Source: Longimicrobiales bacterium (GTDB lineage: Bacteria; Gemmatimonadota; Gemmatimonadetes; Longimicrobiales; Gaopeijiaceae). Taken from it: a DNA stretch of 64,000 nucleotides. This document shows positions 58,657 to 64,000 of this stretch, one piece after another. Each line of letters starts with the position of its first letter. The first letter of the stretch is position 1. The notes under the pieces were generated by a model. That model made no database searches. It saw only the letters and a program-made list of their open reading frames with translations, and was not told where the DNA came from. A program made the position numbers and the translations under genes. Location of the stretch: NCBI GenBank assembly GCA_965219445.1, contig CBDCNQ010000002.1:704001-768000 (forward strand), in the 5' to 3' direction.

Positions 58657-59004
58657 TTAGCCCCCCTCATCATCCAGCTTTTTCTCGATATCGGCGACCC
58701 GCACGTCGAGCCGCTCCACAAGTTCCTTGAGCGTGTCAAATTCCTTCTGCCTGGCGAAATCGAGCGCTTCACGAGCTTCTCCGGCTTTTTCCTGCGCTTT
58801 CTCCAACGTACTCCGCATCACGTCCTTCGCTCGTTCAGGAGACAAGTCCCCACGTTCCCTTGCCTCTCTCAGGGTTTCTTCGATGGCATCCTTCATCGCC
58901 GCAAGCATGCCGAGCCCCTGACGAATTCCACCCTTGATGCCCTCACCCCCCTCTCCTTCCTTCTTCGGCTCAGCCTCATCGTTCGCACCACTCTTCTCAG
59001 ACAT
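58657..59004 (-). CDS. Small coiled-coil protein, phasin/UbiK-like
   Basis: GLGMLA..K, ERGDLS.E.AK, ARQKEFD.L..RV..IE pattern; SD GGAGG before ATG59004. Confidence 0.6.
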   Translation of the reverse strand: MSEKSGANDEAEPKKEGEGGEGIKGGIRQGLGMLAAMKDAIEETLREARERGDLSPERAKDVMRSTLEKAQEKAGEAREALDFARQKEFDTLKELVERLDVRVADIEKKLDDEGG

Positions 59005-59060
59005 CATCACCTCCCTTGCTATGGGCACGCGGACCAGCAGTGTCCGATAACGATATCATC

Positions 59061-60344
59061 CTACGGGCCATCTTGACGCTCGATGCGCGCACCCAACGCT
59101 TTCAACCGCTCGTCGATCCTTTCATATCCCCGTTCGATCTGCGTGACGTTTTGGATACGACTGGTCCCCTCGGCTCCCAAGGCAGCGATCAGCATCGCCA
59201 TGCCCGCGCGGATGTCCGGGCTTTCAAGCACCGTTCCCTGAAGGGCCGAGGGCCCGACCACAACCGCCCTATGCGGATCACAGAGGATGATCCGCGCCCC
59301 CATCCCAACCAACTTGTCCGTAAAATACATTCTGGATTCGAACATCTTTTCGTGAACCAGAATCGTGCCTGTGCACTGCGTGGCGGTCACCACCGCAATC
59401 GATGTCAAATCCGCCGGAAACGCGGGCCAGGGTCCGTCATCGATCTTGGGCACGGCCCCGAAGGCGTCGCTCGCCACTTTGCATGTGCGGTCCCCGTGGA
59501 CCGTAAGCACATCTCCGTCCACACTCACGTCGACCCCGAGTCGCCGGAAGCCCAAAAGGGTCGAATCGAGATGCTCGACGGGAGCACCCTCCACCACAAT
59601 CTCGCTCCCGGTGACCGCCGCGAGGCCCATGAAGGATCCGGCTTCGATGTGATCGGCACCCACCGCAAACGTGGCGCCCCCCAGCTCAGGCACTCCGGAG
59701 ATGTGAAGTTGGTGGGTACCAATCCCTTCGATTCGGCCGCCCATGGCATTGAGGAGATTGCAAAGATCCTGGACATGAGGCTCCGAGGCCGAGTTACGGA
59801 TCAAGGTTTCCCCCTTGGCAAGCACCGCAGCCATGATGGCATTCTCGGTGGCCGTGACCGAGGGCTCATCCAGAAAGAAATCGGCTCCCCTGAGTTCCCG
59901 CGCCTCGATCTCGAATCCGCTAGCCAACTGTACGGATGCTCCCAGCGCCCTGAATGCCAGGAAATGAGTGTCCATTCGGCGACGCCCGATGACGTCGCCC
60001 CCGGGAGGCGGAAGGTGGACTCTCCCGAAACGAGCCAATAGTGGCCCCGCCAAAAGGAGAGAGGCCCGAATTCGTTCGCTCAACGCCCGGTCCACAGTCC
60101 CCGACGAGACCGAAGAGGCATCGATCGTTACCGCGTTCTCATCGTCCCAGCGAACGTCCGCACCGAGGGAGCTGACGATTTCCAAGAGGGTCACGACGTC
60201 GCCTATCCTGGGGATGTTCTGGAGCGTAACCGGCTCCGACGCCATGACCGTCGCCGCGATCGCGGGGAGCGCAGAGTTCTTGTTGCCCGCCGGCGTGATG
60301 CTCCCGCTCAGCGAGTGACCGCCTTCTACGATGTAACTGGGCAT
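59061..60344 (-). CDS. murA: UDP-N-acetylglucosamine 1-carboxyvinyltransferase (Asp-type)
   Basis: GNKNSALP, RASLLLAGPLLARFG, PGGDVIGRR, SVTATEN, PAFPAD, DIRAG, IERGYE. Start ATG60344 with SD AAGGAGG. Confidence 0.96.
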   Translation of the reverse strand: MPSYIVEGGHSLSGSITPAGNKNSALPAIAATVMASEPVTLQNIPRIGDVVTLLEIVSSLGADVRWDDENAVTIDASSVSSGTVDRALSERIRASLLLAGPLLARFGRVHLPPPGGDVIGRRRMDTHFLAFRALGASVQLASGFEIEARELRGADFFLDEPSVTATENAIMAAVLAKGETLIRNSASEPHVQDLCNLLNAMGGRIEGIGTHQLHISGVPELGGATFAVGADHIEAGSFMGLAAVTGSEIVVEGAPVEHLDSTLLGFRRLGVDVSVDGDVLTVHGDRTCKVASDAFGAVPKIDDGPWPAFPADLTSIAVVTATQCTGTILVHEKMFESRMYFTDKLVGMGARIILCDPHRAVVVGPSALQGTVLESPDIRAGMAMLIAALGAEGTSRIQNVTQIERGYERIDERLKALGARIERQDGP

Positions 60345-60484
60345 AGCCTCCTTACCGTGTCTGGGCCTCCCCGTCGCAACGTCATGGCGAGATCTTATCC
60401 CGGCTACACCGCCGTCGACGGACGCCAACATATTCCCCCGTACCCGAGCACAGCAACAATCGAGCCGCGGTGCGGGATGCTGCC

Positions 60485-60514
60485 TTGACACCCGGTGCGA
60501 GCCTAGCCTAGTCT
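60485..60514 (+). promoter_or_regulatory. Sigma70 promoter for the P-II-like gene, possibly leaderless
   Basis: TTGACA-N18-TAGTCT, then 8 nt to ATG60523; no SD. Confidence 0.55.
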
Positions 60515-60522
60515 GCGGGCCC

Positions 60523-60876
60523 ATGCACCTCCTGGTCGCTGTTCTCAACTCCCCCGATGATGTCGACTCCATCCTGGCGGGCTTTGTCGAGTTGGGAGTA
60601 CGGGGTGCTACGGTGATCAACTCGGAGGGGATGGGCCGGGTGCTCTCCCACGACATTCCGATCTTCGCGGGGCTCCAAACACTTCTCAATCGGTCCGGGC
60701 CTGAGAACCGCACGATTCTGACCGTGGTTTCCGCCGATCTCATCGATCCGATCATCTCCTTGATCCAGGAGTGGTGCGGAGACCTGGAGAAGCCAGCGAC
60801 AGGAATCATCTTCACGCTCCCCGTGGACAGAGTCGTCGGCCTGGCCAGGCTGGAACTGGGCGACAACCCGGAGTAG
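60523..60876 (+). CDS. P-II-like signalling protein (non-canonical)
   Basis: 117 aa; LLVAVLN, GATVINSEGMG, TGIIFTLPVDRVVGL matches the P-II C-terminal pattern. Confidence 0.8.
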   Translation: MHLLVAVLNSPDDVDSILAGFVELGVRGATVINSEGMGRVLSHDIPIFAGLQTLLNRSGPENRTILTVVSADLIDPIISLIQEWCGDLEKPATGIIFTLPVDRVVGLARLELGDNPE

Positions 60877-60884
60877 CGACGCTC

Positions 60885-62231
60885 GTGGATCCCCTACTAG
60901 CGACCCTCATTCTGATCTCTTTGGCGCTCGTGGGGGCCCGGTTTTCTTTTTCCACCGCCAACATCGCCGCCGGCCCCAGGCTCCTTTTCCGAACCGGCAC
61001 GCACTTCATTGTCCTCGGATTCCTCGTGGGTCCTTCGGCCTTGGGCTTGGTTACCCGGGACGCACTCGAGCACCTCTTTCCTTTCTTCGCACTGGGATTC
61101 GGCTGGGTCGGATTCATTTTCGGAATGCAACTCGAGAAGGACACGGTGCGTGCGTTCGCCGGCCATCTACACCGATTCGCCGCGGGGCAGGCCCTCCTCA
61201 CCTTCACTTTGATGGCTACGGTGGGGCTCATCGTTTTGCTGCCGTTCGGGCGCTTTGGTGGAGTGGAGGCCCTCTTGGTCCTCTTGGCCTCGGCGACCGC
61301 TTGCACATCCGCACCCGCCGGGATCGCCATGGTGTCCTCTAATTTTCTGGTGCGCGGACCGGTCAGGGACATGCTCTTCTTCGCCGCCTCGGTCGACGGG
61401 ATTGTGGGCATCATCCTGCTTCAGTTGATCTATGCAGGCTTTCACCCGTCCGACGCGCTGGGCCCCTTGGGGGACCTCACGGTGTTGGTGTGGACGGTGC
61501 TGGCCATCTCGGTCGGAGTCCTGTGCGGGATTATCTTCGTGTGGCTGTCCCGGGGCCGCATAGCGATTGAGGAGCTGGTCTTGTTCGTCATGGGGATCGC
61601 CGCTTTCGCCGCAGGCGCGGCGATGCAGCTCCGGCTTTCGCCACTCTTCGTCGCCGTCATCATGGGCGCCGTTGTGGCCAATCTGGTGCCAGACCACGGA
61701 CGTGTTCTCCGAGTGCTGGCCCAGTGGGAGAAGCCCACGTACGTCATACTGCTGATCCTCGCCGGAGCGCTGGTTCAGTTTTCGACACCCTGGATCATCC
61801 CGCTCGGGCTGGCTTACGCGAGCCTCCGGGGTGGCGCGAAGGTGGCGGCGACGAACGCCATGATTCGCATTGAAACCCCACCTTTCCCCACTCCAAAGCT
61901 TCTCGGCTTGGGACTCACCCCGCAGGGGGGGATCTCACTTGTCATGGCGCTTTCCGCCCTACTGACCTTTTACGGTCTCCAGATCGGTGGCGTCGACGTG
62001 AGTCAGGGGCTGTTCAGTGTGGTTGTTCTCGGGGTCGTGTTGTCGGAGTTGGTGGGCCCCATGCTCACAACGAAGACCCTCCGGAGAGCCGGCGAAATTT
62101 CCTCCCTGGTAGAGAGTGCGCTCGCGCTAGGGGACGATGAAGGCGCGAGAGCGGCCGCGGAGAATCCTGGGCCCGAAACGTCGGACGGTACGGAAGACGT
62201 AGACGAGGGTACTAGAACATCCGCCTCATGA
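60885..62231 (+). CDS. Cation:proton antiporter-like membrane transporter
   Basis: ~12 TM helices; GFLVGPSALG, GWVGFIFGMQL, ASVDG, LSPL, PQGGIS, SELVGP. Start set to GTG60885. Confidence 0.8.
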   Translation: MDPLLATLILISLALVGARFSFSTANIAAGPRLLFRTGTHFIVLGFLVGPSALGLVTRDALEHLFPFFALGFGWVGFIFGMQLEKDTVRAFAGHLHRFAAGQALLTFTLMATVGLIVLLPFGRFGGVEALLVLLASATACTSAPAGIAMVSSNFLVRGPVRDMLFFAASVDGIVGIILLQLIYAGFHPSDALGPLGDLTVLVWTVLAISVGVLCGIIFVWLSRGRIAIEELVLFVMGIAAFAAGAAMQLRLSPLFVAVIMGAVVANLVPDHGRVLRVLAQWEKPTYVILLILAGALVQFSTPWIIPLGLAYASLRGGAKVAATNAMIRIETPPFPTPKLLGLGLTPQGGISLVMALSALLTFYGLQIGGVDVSQGLFSVVVLGVVLSELVGPMLTTKTLRRAGEISSLVESALALGDDEGARAAAENPGPETSDGTEDVDEGTRTSAS

Positions 62232-62247
62232 GCTTTTACCTTTCGGC

Positions 62248-62787
62248 ATGAGGACTCGTTTGCTTTCAGTCTCGGTTTTGGCACTGCAACAGCCGGCAGC
62301 GGGCACCACAGCGACGTCCATTCAGGTCGCGGCGGAAATCTCCACAGTGGTAATCGCCATGGTGTCGATACTCCTCCTGATGGTCGCGCTCGCGCTGGCC
62401 TGGCATCTCAAGAAGCTCGTCCGGTCATTGCAGAACCACATCCAGCCGGTGGCGGAGCGCGCGCGCGTTGCAGCCGAGAACGTGGAGTACATCTCGGCCG
62501 TGGTACGGGACGACGTGCAGAGAGTGCGGGCGTCGGTTTCCGGCTTATCCGATCGTCTCCAAGAGGCCTCAGAGCGAATGGAGGAACGCGTCGAGGAGTT
62601 CAACACACTCATGGACGTGGTCCAGGACGAGACCGAAGCGGTTCTTCTCGATACCGCTGCCGTCGTACGGGGCGTTCGGGCCGGAGCGCGGACCATGGGT
62701 GAGGGTGTGGCCGACGTCGAGGACGACTCGGGGGCCGAGGAAGAGATGGGTGAGGTGATGGTCCGAGAAGCGCCCGAAGGAGCATGA
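62248..62787 (+). CDS. Membrane-anchored coiled-coil protein (DUF948-like)
   Basis: One TM helix followed by an amphipathic heptad region; stop overlaps the next ATG. Confidence 0.6.
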   Translation: MRTRLLSVSVLALQQPAAGTTATSIQVAAEISTVVIAMVSILLLMVALALAWHLKKLVRSLQNHIQPVAERARVAAENVEYISAVVRDDVQRVRASVSGLSDRLQEASERMEERVEEFNTLMDVVQDETEAVLLDTAAVVRGVRAGARTMGEGVADVEDDSGAEEEMGEVMVREAPEGA

Positions 62788-63734
62788 AGAGCGCCGCTGC
62801 CCTCTGGGTAGCTCTGGCGTGGGTTCTCCTACAGCCCGAGCCGCTTTGGGCGTGGGGCCCGGGGACGCATATCGCCCTGGGCGAGGGTGTGCTGGCTTCG
62901 CTTTACCTGCTCCCCCCGGCCATCCGTGCGATTATCGGGTCCCATCCACTTCACTTTCTCTACGGCTCGATCGCGGCGGACATCTCCTTCGCCAAGAAGT
63001 ATGTGCCCGAAGGCAGACACTGCCATCACTGGCACGTCGGAGAGGAGATCCTGGCCGCCGCCGACCGCCCGAGACTCGGCGCGGTCGGCTACGGATATCT
63101 CGCTCATCTGGCGGCGGACACGGTGGCCCACAACCTCTTCATCCCACGCCAACTCCTGACTACGAGCACGACCCAAGCACTTGGACATACGTACTGGGAA
63201 CACCGTATGGACATCCATGTGGGCGAGGATTATCTGACCAAGGCCAGGCACCTCGTCACGGAAAACGATCACTCGGAGGCCGACGCACTCTTCGATCAGG
63301 TGTTGAGCAACACGATCTTCAGCTTCCGAACGAATCAGCGAATTTTTCGGGGGATGATTCAGTCCGGCGACAACGACCGTTGGAGACAGGTCTTCGACCG
63401 GGTGCTCGAAAGGTCTCGGTTCGATCTGCCTCCCCAGGTCGTTTCAGCCTACTACGCGCTCTCGTTCGAGTACGTCATCGACTACTTGGTCGCGGGAGCC
63501 GACTCCCAAGCCGCCAATCTCGATCCAATCGGGGAGTTGAATCTGAAGCTCGCGAAGAAAGTGCGGCGCCTCGCTCTAGCCGGGGGCGGTGCGGCGGACG
63601 CGGCCCAGCTTCATGCGAGCGCCGACGAGTTTTTTCCCCTCCCCGAGGGCGACCTCGTCTTCTGGCCTCGCAGCGAGCGACCCGAGAGTCCTATTCGTCC
63701 AAGCGAGCTCGAAGCAACGCCGACAGCGCCTTAG
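62784..63734 (+). CDS. Secreted zinc-dependent phospholipase C family protein
   Basis: Signal peptide ending LWA then WGPGTH; GSIAAD, GYLAHLAADTVAH, HTYWE. Confidence 0.85.
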   Translation: MKSAAALWVALAWVLLQPEPLWAWGPGTHIALGEGVLASLYLLPPAIRAIIGSHPLHFLYGSIAADISFAKKYVPEGRHCHHWHVGEEILAAADRPRLGAVGYGYLAHLAADTVAHNLFIPRQLLTTSTTQALGHTYWEHRMDIHVGEDYLTKARHLVTENDHSEADALFDQVLSNTIFSFRTNQRIFRGMIQSGDNDRWRQVFDRVLERSRFDLPPQVVSAYYALSFEYVIDYLVAGADSQAANLDPIGELNLKLAKKVRRLALAGGGAADAAQLHASADEFFPLPEGDLVFWPRSERPESPIRPSELEATPTAP

Positions 63735-64000
63735 GATCGGCCCGACCCTGGGATTTTTGCATGGTCTGGCCAATGAAGTAACCGATGAGCCGCGTTTCTC
63801 CGGATCGGTACCGCTCGACCTCCTCGGAGTTTTCTTCGATCACGGCGTCCACCCATGCGTTGAGTTCGTCGGAGTCCTGGACCTGCGATAGCCCCTCCGT
63901 CTCGATGATCTCCCGTGCGGTCTTACCCGAATCGACCATCTGACCGAGCACCTTCCGGCCCATCGTGCCCGAGACCGTGCCGTCCTCGACCAGCCCGATC
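63691..64000 (-). CDS. gatB: Asp/Glu-tRNA amidotransferase subunit B, 3' end (runs off the window)
   Basis: Yqey-like tail GLSQVQD, YRSG, GYFIGQTM..SQGRADP. Confidence 0.9.
   Translation of the reverse strand, partial: IGLVEDGTVSGTMGRKVLGQMVDSGKTAREIIETEGLSQVQDSDELNAWVDAVIEENSEEVERYRSGETRLIGYFIGQTMQKSQGRADPKALSALLRARLDE

Noticed and set aside
60345..60866. N-terminal extension of the murA ORF (601 aa)
   Set aside because: It is antisense to the P-II-like gene; a strong SD and MurA homology begin at ATG60344.

Overview
GC-rich bacterial chromosome segment, mostly core genes on the minus strand. The gene complement and order suggest a Gemmatimonadota-like organism (inference only, no search run). 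Recognisable genes include purH/purN, iscA-like, gmhB, selA, valS, a DapL-like aminotransferase, a JAB-DinG fusion, rsmI, trxA, mce, clpB, guaA, lysA, archaeal-type proS, hisS, folC, accD, mreBCD-mrdA-rodA, dut, pnp, rpsO, ribF, truB, rbfA, infB, nusA, rimP, murA and the 3' end of gatB. The accessory signal is concentrated at the left end, where tRNA-Ser(TGA) is followed by a split copy of its own 3' end, att-arm-like repeats, a 39-codon phage terminase-like remnant and a frameshifted secreted MBL-fold gene. Other points of interest: a ~337-bp TIR-bounded MITE abutting the dinG start; a coupled DUF4159-DUF4175-TPR-GATase-like envelope operon with no MoxR/vWA partner in the window; a P-II-like/cation:proton antiporter/Zn-PLC cluster; several apparent leaderless genes; a sigma54-like promoter with repeated boxes before clpB; and an Asp-type MurA predicted to be fosfomycin-insensitive. 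No CRISPR array, rRNA, intact transposase or integrase was seen. No single finding is a demonstrated new system.
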